A DNA stretch of 64,000 nt from a virus (lineage: Duplodnaviria > Caudoviricetes), in IMG/VR virus record IMGVR_UViG_3300036766_002286; one strand, 5' to 3'. Below, piece by piece: positions 21,119 to 30,516 of the stretch. Made by a program: the position numbers and the translations under genes. The notes under the pieces are model-generated. The model searched no databases and was not told the DNA's origin. It was given only the letters and a program-made list of their open reading frames with translations. Positions within the stretch are counted from its first letter, which is position 1. The number at the start of each line of letters is the position of its first letter.

Positions 21119-21910
21119 TTACTCGAATTTACTTCCATCAGGCATAATCGCGCCCGCCACCTCAGCGAATTCGAAGTCACAATCGGTCATTATCGCACCT
21201 GTAAAATCAGCGTCTCTTAAGTCCGTCCGTCGAAAATCTATCTTGTCCAGATTAGCATAAATAAAGTTTGCCTTCACAAGTCTTGCATTATTGAATCTTG
21301 CCGAAGTAATCGTGGATTTAGTAAAACTACAATACTCGCACCTACCCCCAGCAAAAGTTACCTCTAACATGCGCGCGCCATCAAGTTGCCCATAAGACAC
21401 GTCTGCTTGCATTAAATTACTTCTAATAAGTTCCGCACCCCGTAAATCAGCCTTATGTAAAACTGCTGCCACAAAACTACAATCTATAATAGTTATTTTG
21501 GATAAGTCAGCTTCCGACAGCACGCTACCTGTAAAGTCTGTCTTGTTAAGATTTGCTTTACTAAATTTTGTTTTAACAAGGTTTGCATTACTGAATCTTG
21601 TTTCAGCTAGAGTAGTTCCTGTAAAATTAGCACTATGACCCTTAGTCGAATCAAAACTTGCACCCCGCAGGTCCGCTCCTTCAAAATTAGCACTAGATAA
21701 AATTAATTCTTTCAAATTTACACAACTAAGATTAGCCGACCTAAAATTAACACCAGTAAAGTTAACTTTATTTTCACTTAAAGCAACCCCACGGAAGTCG
21801 CAATGAGACAAGTCAAGATTAGCAGCACTGAATCCCCACACACCACAAGATAAAAAAGCAAAACCCCCATGTCTGTCAATATATTTTATATCAGTTCTCG
21901 TAGCTTTCAT
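21119..21910 (-). CDS. Pentapeptide repeat protein
   Basis: Start MKATRTDIKYIDRHG; AIMPDGS C-cap. Confidence 0.9.
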   Translation of the reverse strand: MKATRTDIKYIDRHGGFAFLSCGVWGFSAANLDLSHCDFRGVALSENKVNFTGVNFRSANLSCVNLKELILSSANFEGADLRGASFDSTKGHSANFTGTTLAETRFSNANLVKTKFSKANLNKTDFTGSVLSEADLSKITIIDCSFVAAVLHKADLRGAELIRSNLMQADVSYGQLDGARMLEVTFAGGRCEYCSFTKSTITSARFNNARLVKANFIYANLDKIDFRRTDLRDADFTGAIMTDCDFEFAEVAGAIMPDGSKFE

Positions 21911-21911
21911 G

Positions 21912-22415
21912 TTAGTTCCCCTGATCAAAATAATAAAAAGGATAGACAGTGCCGTCGGGCATAATAGCACCTCTCATATGGCAATTAATAAAGGTGGTGC
22001 CAAGAATGTTTGCGCCTTTCAAATTGGCATACTCCAAGACCGCAGAACCAGCCAAAGTAGCACCATATAAATTCACTTTAAATAGGTTTGCCCGTCTAAA
22101 ACTTACGGTATCAAGCACAGCGAAAGCAAGGTTAGCTCCTTGAAGTACTATATCTTCGCAACGCACCCTCTCAAGGGTTGCGCCTGTCAAATCCGCACCC
22201 TCTAAATCAGCTCTGTACATGGCAGCCCCGACCAACTTAGCCCCGTGTAGATTGGCGCCCTGTAGTTTTAGATAGCTAAGGTTAGTAAAACTTAAATCAG
22301 CATAGCTGAGGTCACAATCACGCAGGTCTTTACCTAGCCAAGGTCCACCCCACGGCAGTTCACATGAAGTACCTTCTCGGTCAATATATTTTATGTTTCC
22401 TCTTATATATTTCAT
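21912..22415 (-). CDS. Pentapeptide repeat protein
   Basis: IKYIDREG N-cap, AIMPDGT. Confidence 0.9.
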   Translation of the reverse strand: MKYIRGNIKYIDREGTSCELPWGGPWLGKDLRDCDLSYADLSFTNLSYLKLQGANLHGAKLVGAAMYRADLEGADLTGATLERVRCEDIVLQGANLAFAVLDTVSFRRANLFKVNLYGATLAGSAVLEYANLKGANILGTTFINCHMRGAIMPDGTVYPFYYFDQGN

Positions 22416-22473
22416 GTTCTCTCCCTTATATTATTCTCCATTTTCACAGTTGTGTAATGCAGTCATTATAATT

Positions 22474-22971
22474 CTATTTATGTACGCTACCATCCGGCAT
22501 AACCATATCTGCCATGTTTGCCCTTGTAAAATCAGCGCCCATAATATTTGCACCCAGCATTGATGCTTCCCGCAAGTCAGCTCCTATAAAACTAGCTTTG
22601 AATAAGTTTGCTTTGGTTAAATCTGCAGCATATAAAGTTGCACCCAAAAAGTTACAATAACTAAGGTCCGCTCCTTCAAATATTGTGCGTTTGCACCCAG
22701 CATGGCTGAAGTCAGCCCCATGACAGTTTGCCCCGACTAGAATCGCACCCTTGAGATTGGCACGAGCAAAACAGCCATCTATAAGACAAGATCCTGTCAA
22801 ATCAACTTTCAGCATGACGGCGCGAGAAAAGTTAGCCCCGCGCAACGCGCAACGACTTAGGTCAGAAAAAGGAAGATTACACTCAGTAAGATTAATATTT
22901 TCTAAGTTTTCATCCATTCTTACATATGCAGGCTTCATATTTTTATCATAATAGAAAACGTCTGATTTCAC
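22474..22971 (-). CDS. Pentapeptide repeat protein
   Basis: Repeats, VMPDGSVHK. Confidence 0.9.
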   Translation of the reverse strand: MKSDVFYYDKNMKPAYVRMDENLENINLTECNLPFSDLSRCALRGANFSRAVMLKVDLTGSCLIDGCFARANLKGAILVGANCHGADFSHAGCKRTIFEGADLSYCNFLGATLYAADLTKANLFKASFIGADLREASMLGANIMGADFTRANMADMVMPDGSVHK

Positions 22972-23019
22972 TGGGTTTTCTCCAGTAATTTATCATCATT
23001 CAATGCAATCTCTAAAATA

Positions 23020-23439
23020 TTACACATGCTTACTCCCGTCCACCATGATAGCACCTCTAAGTTCAATAGCGCGCTCGAAATCACAGTTTACTACATTAGC
23101 GCCAGTTAAGTCGGCATTCTGAAAATACGCCCCGCCTACTTCTGTTTCAAGCATATTAGCACCCTTTAGATTAGCGCTGCTCAAGTTACTGCTAGTAAAG
23201 TTTGTTTTAAATAAATTTGCTTTTTCAAATATTCCACCATTAAGATATCCACCTGTAAAATCGGCACTAGTCAGGTCTGCTCCACTAAAGTTTGTAAACA
23301 TACAACTTGCAAAAATAAAGCCAGCACCGCACAACACCGCCCCCCGCATGCTACAATAGGAGAAATCAACTCCTGCAAAGCCAGTATTCGCTAAAACACC
23401 CGGGTTTCCTTCCCTCTCAATATAGTTGATATTTTTCAT
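23020..23439 (-). CDS. Pentapeptide repeat protein
   Basis: YIEREG N-cap, IMVDGSKHV. Confidence 0.88.
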   Translation of the reverse strand: MKNINYIEREGNPGVLANTGFAGVDFSYCSMRGAVLCGAGFIFASCMFTNFSGADLTSADFTGGYLNGGIFEKANLFKTNFTSSNLSSANLKGANMLETEVGGAYFQNADLTGANVVNCDFERAIELRGAIMVDGSKHV

Positions 23440-23984
23440 AAGGTTTTGTCGCCGCGCTGAAACACACTATAACGGCTAAAGAAATCAAAAGTATAAATAC
23501 TGCCATCCGGCATTGTTGCTCTTTCCAAGCTAGCGCCTGTAAAATCAGCGCACCCGATGTTCGCGCCCTCTAAATTAGCACGGCTTAGATCCGCGCAACG
23601 TAGATCTGTTTTATAAAGGTTTGCTTTAAAAAAGTTTACATTATATAAGTGTGCATTTTCAAATATAGCACCCTCAAGATTTGCTCCTTCAAAGCTAGCG
23701 CTTCCACACACAGCCCCACTGAGGTTTGCGCCCCGCAAGTTCACGCCGCACAAATCAGCACCGGTCAGGTCTGTTTCCCTTAAGTTAGCAGCGCTAAGAT
23801 TTGCACCCCGAAGTATACTTCTAAACATGTTTGCTTTACAAAAATTTACTTCACTTAAATCAGCCCTGGTCAGCTCAGCTCCTTGAAAATCAGCACCCCG
23901 CAGATCTTCGTCCGACCGGGCTCGTCCCCACACCAGTTCCCGCAAAACACCCTCACGGTCTATATATTTGACATTAGTTTGCAT
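23436..23984 (-). CDS. Pentapeptide repeat protein
   Basis: Start MQTNVKYIDREG after GGAG; ATMPDGS. Confidence 0.9.
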   Translation of the reverse strand: MQTNVKYIDREGVLRELVWGRARSDEDLRGADFQGAELTRADLSEVNFCKANMFRSILRGANLSAANLRETDLTGADLCGVNLRGANLSGAVCGSASFEGANLEGAIFENAHLYNVNFFKANLYKTDLRCADLSRANLEGANIGCADFTGASLERATMPDGSIYTFDFFSRYSVFQRGDKTL

Positions 23985-24001
23985 TGCTGTGCTCTCCAAA
24001 C

Positions 24002-24511
24002 CTACTCATGTCTGCTCCCATCTGGCATTATAGCTCCCAAAAGGTTGCAACCAGTAAAGTTTGTGCCCGCTATATCTGCACCAAAAAAACTAGCTCCCGT
24101 ACAATTGGCATTTGTAAAATCGCTACCCTTAAGGTTAGCCTTCGTAAAGACACAATTTTCTAAATTTGCCTTAAACAAGTTAGCCCCTTGTAAATGAGCG
24201 CCCAATAAGCTTGCATCAAACATAGACACCCCACTAAGATCACAGTGAGCAAGATTTGCCTTATCAAGCAATATGAAAGGCATGTCGGCCCCATGAAAGT
24301 TAGCTCCGACCAAATTAGCTCCTTCAAGATTAGCATTCTCTAAATTAGCACAGGTGAAGTTAGCACCTCTAAGGTCTCTTCCATTAAGAGTCACACTAAA
24401 TAAGTAAGCCCAAGATAAATCAATTCCAACAAGGTTAGTACCCTTTTTTACCATAACAGTTTTCCCTGCCTTATCAAGATATATAAAATCATACTTTGCC
24501 CCATTATACAT
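24002..24511 (-). CDS. Pentapeptide repeat protein
   Basis: YLDKAG N-cap, IMPDGSRHE. Confidence 0.9.
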   Translation of the reverse strand: MYNGAKYDFIYLDKAGKTVMVKKGTNLVGIDLSWAYLFSVTLNGRDLRGANFTCANLENANLEGANLVGANFHGADMPFILLDKANLAHCDLSGVSMFDASLLGAHLQGANLFKANLENCVFTKANLKGSDFTNANCTGASFFGADIAGTNFTGCNLLGAIMPDGSRHE

Positions 24512-25178
24512 GTATACTCCCGTTTGGCATGATGGTTTCAGTTAGAATTGCATCATGTAGCCTCGAGATTTTCAAGCTCGCACCGAAAAGATTTGCATGA
24601 GAAAAATTTGTGCAAGTAAAAGTCCCTTTAGTCAAGTTAGCTTTCTCCAAGTCAGCATTCGAGAAATCAGCATTTGTTGAATCAGCGCCCTCTAAATCAG
24701 CTCCCCGCATGTCTGCAAAACTAAAATCTGCTTCAGCTAAGACTGCCTCGCACAAGAATGTTCGATGCTTATCATCCGCACCACACATAATAGCATTGCT
24801 AAAACAGGCCTGGTATAAATAAGCCTTACTAAAACTTGCTTTAGTTAAATTAGCATAAGTGAAACTACAACCGATGGCTTGTACTTTATATAAGACAGCT
24901 CCAGCTAAGTGAGCATTCGAGAAATTAGCAGACATTAGATTTGTCTCAGAAAGATTGGCTTTAGTTAGATCACAGTTTGACATATCAGCATTTTTACAAT
25001 TAGCACCCGCCAAGTCCGCTCCCGCCAAAGATAAACCTTTAAAATCTATGTCATGTAAATCAAGATCCCATAATACAGCATCTGCCAAGCTTTCTTTGTT
25101 TTCTATAGCATCAAGCACTTCAGATCTAGTAAATATCCGATCGTCAGGATGTCTAAAGTCGTAGCTACCTTCAGGCAT
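24504..25178 (-). CDS. Pentapeptide repeat protein
   Basis: Start MPEGSY coupled to upstream gene; GADDKHRT loop; IMPNGSIHV. Confidence 0.9.
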   Translation of the reverse strand: MPEGSYDFRHPDDRIFTRSEVLDAIENKESLADAVLWDLDLHDIDFKGLSLAGADLAGANCKNADMSNCDLTKANLSETNLMSANFSNAHLAGAVLYKVQAIGCSFTYANLTKASFSKAYLYQACFSNAIMCGADDKHRTFLCEAVLAEADFSFADMRGADLEGADSTNADFSNADLEKANLTKGTFTCTNFSHANLFGASLKISRLHDAILTETIMPNGSIHV

Positions 25179-25671
25179 GTATACTCCCATCTGGCATAAC
25201 TGCACCCCTAAGGTTAGTATTAGTAAAGTTACAACCCTCTATATATGCACCAAAAAAATTAGCATACCTACAATCGGCAGATGAAAAATCAGCGCCCTTA
25301 AGGTTAGCCTCCGTAAAATCAGCCTCGTCCGCACGTACGCCTCTTAACGTAGCTCCTTGTAAATTAGCGCCCCGCAAATCTGCTCGCTGCATATCAGCAT
25401 CCGTTAGATCACAATTATGTAGATCTGCTCTATTAAATGAAGTGTCCATCAAGACAGCCGCAATCATACTTGATCCACTAAGGTCAGCGCCGCTCAGGTC
25501 AGCGGCTATAAAGTCAGCACGCGCCAAACGGGCGCCCATAATATCTCTTCCACTGAGATCACAACCAGATAACTCACAACCAGATAAATCAATTCCCACC
25601 AAACTAACACCCTTTTTTAAAACAGCAGCCTTATCATTACTATCAATATAGTCAATATCTTGATTTTTCAT
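25171..25671 (-). CDS. Pentapeptide repeat protein
   Basis: IDYID N-cap, VMPDGSIHA. Confidence 0.9.
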   Translation of the reverse strand: MKNQDIDYIDSNDKAAVLKKGVSLVGIDLSGCELSGCDLSGRDIMGARLARADFIAADLSGADLSGSSMIAAVLMDTSFNRADLHNCDLTDADMQRADLRGANLQGATLRGVRADEADFTEANLKGADFSSADCRYANFFGAYIEGCNFTNTNLRGAVMPDGSIHA

Positions 25672-25841
25672 ATTAGGTAAACACTCCCATCTAGCATAAT
25701 AGCGTCTTTAAGGTTTCTTCCCTCGAAGTTTACTTCAGTAAAACTAGTATAAGATAAATCAATTCCCTCAAGACTTTCGTTTTTTCTCAAAACATGTGGG
25801 TTATCATCCTCATCAGTATATTCAATATCATGATCATTCAT
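25668..25841 (-). CDS. Collapsed mini pentapeptide repeat protein (57 aa)
   Basis: N-cap IEYTD, about 4 repeats, C-cap IMLDGS; coupled at both ends. Confidence 0.7.
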   Translation of the reverse strand: MNDHDIEYTDEDDNPHVLRKNESLEGIDLSYTSFTEVNFEGRNLKDAIMLDGSVYLI

Positions 25842-26607
25842 AGATACTCCCATCGGGCATAGTAGCCCCACTCAAGTTAGCACCCTTAAATACTATACCC
25901 GCAAATTGGTCCATACTTAAACTAACTCCCCTAAAAACCCCGCCAATTAAATTAGCATAGCTAGAATGACACTTGGTTAAATTTGCCCCTCTTAGCTTTG
26001 CACCCTCAAACCTGGTATTTGCAAGGTCTGTTTTAGATAGGTTCGCTTCGCATAAAGTAGCATACTTAAAATTTGCATTGCTTAAATTACAGTCTTCTAG
26101 GTCCGCTAGAGTTAGGTTCGCGCGGGTGAAATCAGCCCCTGCTAGGTGTCTTTCTCGTATATCTGCCCTTGTTAAATTGGCATCGCGAAAATTAGTGTAA
26201 GTAAATATCTTCTTCCAACTCGCGTCGTTTTTGTCCCCAATCATAATTGCACCAACTAAGATAGCTTTTTGGAAATTGGCATCTCTGATGTCTGTTTTAG
26301 TCATATTGGCTTCAAAAAAATTAGCATTTTTTGCAACGCATTCTCGCATATTAGCTCCAGCTAAACTACAATTAGACATGTTAGCCGAATCGAGACTAGC
26401 TCTTAGTAGCTGCGCACGAGTCAAGTCACACCTAACCAGATTAGCATTTTGTAGTTGAGTTGCCCCCAACATAGCCCCGGACAGGCTAATCCCAGAAAAA
26501 TCAATACCATTTAAATCAAGTCCCGTCAAATTACAATCCGCCAAAGTACCTCTGTTAGCTATAATTTCTAAAACCTGTTCACGAGATAAGCTCTTGCCGT
26601 TTTTCAT
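25834..26607 (-). CDS. Pentapeptide repeat protein
   Basis: LSREQVL N-cap, GDKNDASWKK loop, ATMPDGSIYE. Confidence 0.9.
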   Translation of the reverse strand: MKNGKSLSREQVLEIIANRGTLADCNLTGLDLNGIDFSGISLSGAMLGATQLQNANLVRCDLTRAQLLRASLDSANMSNCSLAGANMRECVAKNANFFEANMTKTDIRDANFQKAILVGAIMIGDKNDASWKKIFTYTNFRDANLTRADIRERHLAGADFTRANLTLADLEDCNLSNANFKYATLCEANLSKTDLANTRFEGAKLRGANLTKCHSSYANLIGGVFRGVSLSMDQFAGIVFKGANLSGATMPDGSIYE

Positions 26608-26743
26608 ATAAATATTCTCCCTTTAGTGTTTGTAAAGCCCAGTTTAACTAAATTTACCATATGAACACTTGCTGCTAGCACGTGATAAACAATCATTATT
26701 AGTATGTTTTTATGATTTAAGACCATACAATGCTCAAAGCGAA

Positions 26744-27243
26744 CTATTTATGAATACTCCCATCTGGCATAATAGCGCCAAAAAGTTTACAACCAGTAAA
26801 GTCGCATCCCTCTATATCTGCTCCTTTAAAATTAGCACCACACAAGTCAGCACCTGTGAAATCAACTTTTTTAAGATTGGCACCAGTTAAGTCAACATAA
26901 TCTAGAATTGCATAAACTAATTTCGCACTATACATACTAGCCCCAATCAAAGTAGTCCCGTACAGCTCAGCTTCAGTTAAATTTGCGTAATTAAGGTTTG
27001 CTTTATTTAAGGTTACTTGCGACAGGTTTGTTTTAATCATGGTAGCAAAAGTTAAATCAGCACCTTCAAGGTCTGTGTGTGCTAAGTCACTCGCATCAAA
27101 GTTACAACCTCTAAGATCTCTACCCACAAGCTTTGCATTGTGTATCAGACAATACGATAAATCAATTCCTACAAGATTAGCATCCCCCGCAAAATAGCAA
27201 ACTTTCCATCTATATCCATATACTTAACATCAAATTTTGTCAT
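26744..27243 (-). pseudogene. Pentapeptide repeat protein, frameshifted near 5' end
   Basis: AAGGAGG-ATG MTKFDVKYMDIDG; one more G in the G5 run near 27186 would join it to 26744..27127. Confidence 0.75.
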
Positions 27244-27405
27244 TACACCTCCTTTTCTAGCTATTTTATTCTAGCTCGATTTTTCTGTATTCACCCGGCC
27301 CTTTCGTCCTACTTGTTTTCCGTATATAGAGGTACTATAAGGGCAAATCTTCGTTTATATATTCTATAAAATATATAACAGCCCTACCCAAATATTTCAA
27401 GATAC

Positions 27406-27435
27406 TTGCGTCTGACATCCTCGCCCCAATAGTAC
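27406..27435 (+). promoter_or_regulatory. Putative promoter of the rightward small-gene operon
   Basis: TTGCGT-18nt-TAGTAC containing CCCCAATAGTA. Confidence 0.45.
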
Positions 27436-27470
27436 AGCTATACTACAAAAATTATAAACGGAGGTTTGTC

Positions 27471-27824
27471 ATGAGTGATCGAAAAGCCCGCAACGCAGCT
27501 AGCGCTTCAGCCCTGGAAGTATACAAAGCAGCTGAGCTTCTAGCTTCTGTAGAATATCAGGCTGTATTGAAACCCGCTGAAGCCATTTATCAAGCTGTCA
27601 GTAGAGCCGCACATCGCGCCTATCAGGAGACCCATTATTCAATTGGCAACAGCGAATCCAGAGCAGCCCAGGAAGCCGCTTTTAACACTCTTTTATGCGA
27701 CGCCGCCAAGTCTAGAGATACTATTGTTGCTCCAGCAAAAGCTAGGTACCATGCAGTTGTTGCCGCCGCATTCGCTGTATATATTGAAACCACAGCCAAA
27801 ATCGCGAGTGGAGATTTATCATGA
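27471..27824 (+). CDS. Ala-rich helical hypothetical protein, paralogue 1
   Basis: GGAGG RBS; ends YIETTAKIASGDLS. Confidence 0.75.
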   Translation: MSDRKARNAASASALEVYKAAELLASVEYQAVLKPAEAIYQAVSRAAHRAYQETHYSIGNSESRAAQEAAFNTLLCDAAKSRDTIVAPAKARYHAVVAAAFAVYIETTAKIASGDLS

Positions 27825-28186
27825 ATGATCGTAAAGACCGTAGAGCAGCAATCGTTGCCGCCCAAGCTATATATCAAACCATCCAAAGTCAAGCATTTGA
27901 AGAGTATAGAGCCGTAGAACTCCCAGCCACCGCCGCATATGAAGTTTGTCGGAACACAGCTGTCCCAGGCGCAAACGATCTAGGGGCTGTGCATCCTAGA
28001 GACTTCATGCAACACGAAATCGCCCAAGCACTCGCAGCCGGACGTCAAATGTTCCTAGCTGATGCTCTAGCAGCTAGAGACGCCACAATCGCTCCCGCCA
28101 AAGCCAAATATCAAGCAACTGTGGCCACCGCATTTGCTGCGTATATCGAAGCTTGTGCAAAAATCGAAAGCGGAGACTTATCATGA
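27821..28186 (+). CDS. Ala-rich helical hypothetical protein, paralogue 2
   Basis: Ends YIEACAKIESGDLS; ATGA overlaps. Confidence 0.75.
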   Translation: MNDRKDRRAAIVAAQAIYQTIQSQAFEEYRAVELPATAAYEVCRNTAVPGANDLGAVHPRDFMQHEIAQALAAGRQMFLADALAARDATIAPAKAKYQATVATAFAAYIEACAKIESGDLS

Positions 28187-28524
28187 GCTCCCGCGGCACA
28201 ATTCGACCTGGCCTCGAGCCCGCCAAAAGCATATTGAAAGCCGCCCAAGATCAAACTTCTGCAAGATATAAGCCCATACTACAAGCAGCTCAAACTAAAT
28301 ATTTCGCGGGCTGTGCTGCAGCTAAGCAAGCCCTTATGGAAACCCTTGATGCTGATCACACTTATGCTCAAAAGTTAGCCTATGAAACTATTATACAAGG
28401 TCTAAAAGACACTAGAAACGCTACTATCCGCGCCGCCGAAGCCGAATATAATACAGCCATGACTAGTGCTCTTGCTATATATATTGAAACCGCAGCCAAA
28501 ATCACCACAGGAGATTTATCATGA
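28183..28524 (+). CDS. Ala-rich helical hypothetical protein, paralogue 3
   Basis: Ends YIETAAKITTGDLS; ATGA overlaps. Confidence 0.75.
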   Translation: MSSRGTIRPGLEPAKSILKAAQDQTSARYKPILQAAQTKYFAGCAAAKQALMETLDADHTYAQKLAYETIIQGLKDTRNATIRAAEAEYNTAMTSALAIYIETAAKITTGDLS

Positions 28525-28730
28525 GCAGTAACGCAAAAGACACTCTAACCGATATCTATACTTTACGTATCGATATTTATGATGCCTTAAAAAAGTTCCA
28601 AGATTCTCAAAATATTAAAGTTAGTGACGAAGATTGGATGATTTTAGTTAAACACGCTGATATTTTAGCAGAGGTTTTAGTTCAAGCAGCCGCATCTGCA
28701 GCCGACATTAGCCGCTATTCAAGATACTAA
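28521..28730 (+). CDS. Small hypothetical protein
   Basis: GGAG RBS, ATGA coupling. Confidence 0.6.
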   Translation: MSSNAKDTLTDIYTLRIDIYDALKKFQDSQNIKVSDEDWMILVKHADILAEVLVQAAASAADISRYSRY

Positions 28731-28752
28731 AGTCAGCTAATAGGAGGCATTA

Positions 28753-28974
28753 ATGAGCATAGACAACCAACCAATAATATTAAACGAAACACAAGTTATT
28801 CAATATCAAGACATATTATGGCCTTTAGCAGATAGTTTTGATGATATTGACTTGTCCGAAGCGACCGCTCCCGGTGTTACGTTAACAACAGAGGATATAG
28901 ACACATTCATCTCTGAATTCATAGAGGCAGTAACAAAACTTTCCGCTCTCAAACTACAAATAGAAATAGGTTAA
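28753..28974 (+). CDS. Small acidic hypothetical protein
   Basis: GGAGG RBS; weak similarity to 31590..31808. Confidence 0.6.
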   Translation: MSIDNQPIILNETQVIQYQDILWPLADSFDDIDLSEATAPGVTLTTEDIDTFISEFIEAVTKLSALKLQIEIG

Positions 28975-28978
28975 TATA

Positions 28979-29176
28979 ATGAGCGATAGTCAATGGCAAC
29001 TGATAGATGAATACGGATGTGATAGATGTGGCCGTACTGTTGAAAATGGCTCAGGACACTATTCAGATGACGAGACTGATGACCGCATCTGCGCTGACTG
29101 TGCGTCACTTGCCGCCCCAATTATATACGAAACAATACATTCCGAAGCTAGTAATCGCCACAATAGTACACTATAA
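28979..29176 (+). CDS. Small Zn-finger-like protein
   Basis: CDRC..CADC. Confidence 0.55.
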   Translation: MSDSQWQLIDEYGCDRCGRTVENGSGHYSDDETDDRICADCASLAAPIIYETIHSEASNRHNSTL

Positions 29177-29191
29177 CCAAAGGAGCTAATC

Positions 29192-29470
29192 ATGAGTAAA
29201 GATAAACTGAAAATTACCATACCAAAAGCAACAAAACGCACTGAGTCTGTGGCTCTCTGGCTCCAGGAGAAGTTTCATTCGAAGATGTTGACGATAACTG
29301 CTGCTTGCGTCGTAATATGTGACCAATGTGGCCGAAGTGATACAACCCAATACAAGACTATTGCCCTCGCTATTGAAGGCACAACGAAAGAAGGCTGGCA
29401 ACACAATGAAGTCAACGGAACAGCCGACGAATCAATTTGTCCTGAATGTCTCACAAAAGGAGCAAAATAA
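29192..29470 (+). CDS. Small Zn-finger-like protein
   Basis: CDQC..GW..CPEC; AAGGAG RBS. Confidence 0.65.
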   Translation: MSKDKLKITIPKATKRTESVALWLQEKFHSKMLTITAACVVICDQCGRSDTTQYKTIALAIEGTTKEGWQHNEVNGTADESICPECLTKGAK

Positions 29471-29883
29471 TGAGCGAAACAAATGAAGTAAACATAATTC
29501 CAGAAGTTTCCAAGCCAGAGATTAAAATAAAAACTAAAGCGGAACTCGCAACAGTTCTTGATGCAACTGAAGCTCTCTTAGATAAAGCCACAGTTGACGC
29601 CAAGTCCACTGATGCTGCTTTTGATAAAGCTAGCAAGCGTTGGAATAAAGTTTGGGAGGCCCGTGTCGCATCTGACGCCACCTGCATTTACCCAGTTGAT
29701 GATTCAGTCCCTGTAAGCTATGAGGCCCTAGATGCCGAATATACTAAAGTTCGAGAAGATTGTGAGAGCGTCAGAACAATCAGAGATCAAGCAAGAATTG
29801 CTCGCAATAAAGCAGCAGCTGGCTTAGAAAAAGCACTCAGTGCCCGGGATCGAGCAAAAGTTGCTTTTGATCAAGCTGTATAG
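29470..29883 (+). CDS. Helical hypothetical protein
   Basis: AAGGAG RBS; Ala/charged-rich. Confidence 0.6.
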   Translation: MSETNEVNIIPEVSKPEIKIKTKAELATVLDATEALLDKATVDAKSTDAAFDKASKRWNKVWEARVASDATCIYPVDDSVPVSYEALDAEYTKVREDCESVRTIRDQARIARNKAAAGLEKALSARDRAKVAFDQAV

Positions 29884-29924
29884 TAGTTTATAAAATATAA
29901 CACACAATAACAGGAGAACACACT

Positions 29925-30491
29925 ATGAATCAAAAAACTGAATACGTAAATACTTACACAACTAAGGACGGTACGACAGTCGAGCTGGTCCGTGACCCGC
30001 ACACCGATATCATATATCTATCTAGAAGGGAGCTGGCTGGCGCAGATTTTAGTAAAGCTAATTTGCGAAATGTCGATATGTCTCATAGTTTTTTGGACGG
30101 CGCTAACTTCACTTGTGCAGATCTCAAGTATGCTAACCTAGAGGGAGCTACTTTAACTAATGCAAACCTATCTCAAGTAGACCTTACTGTGGCAAACTTA
30201 ACCAATACAAACCTGTCAGGTGCAAATCTAAACTCTGCTAATTTATCCGCCAGTAATCTACGTTTCGCATATTTGGTAGGCGCAACCCTAATTAAAGCTA
30301 ATTTAACTGAAGCGAAACTTACTGATACTATGTGTCTTAGCTGTGATTTCACTGCTGCTGATCTGTCTTATGCTAAACTTAAAAGAACGGATTTCACCTG
30401 TGCTAACTTAACAAATGCTGTCTTTGTAGGCGCCCGTCTAATTGAGCCCATTTTTAATGACGCCATTATGGTCAATAATAAATTCAATTAA
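29925..30491 (+). CDS. Pentapeptide repeat protein
   Basis: YTTKDG N-cap; repeats. Confidence 0.9.
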   Translation: MNQKTEYVNTYTTKDGTTVELVRDPHTDIIYLSRRELAGADFSKANLRNVDMSHSFLDGANFTCADLKYANLEGATLTNANLSQVDLTVANLTNTNLSGANLNSANLSASNLRFAYLVGATLIKANLTEAKLTDTMCLSCDFTAADLSYAKLKRTDFTCANLTNAVFVGARLIEPIFNDAIMVNNKFN

Positions 30492-30516
30492 TATAAAACT
30501 ACTAGGAGAACACACC

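Larger units (their letters stand above)
15358..27243 (-). repeat. Tandem array of 21 co-directional pentapeptide repeat genes
   Basis: Contiguous PRP ORFs with overlaps or short spacers; no unrelated gene in about 11.9 kb. Confidence 0.9.
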
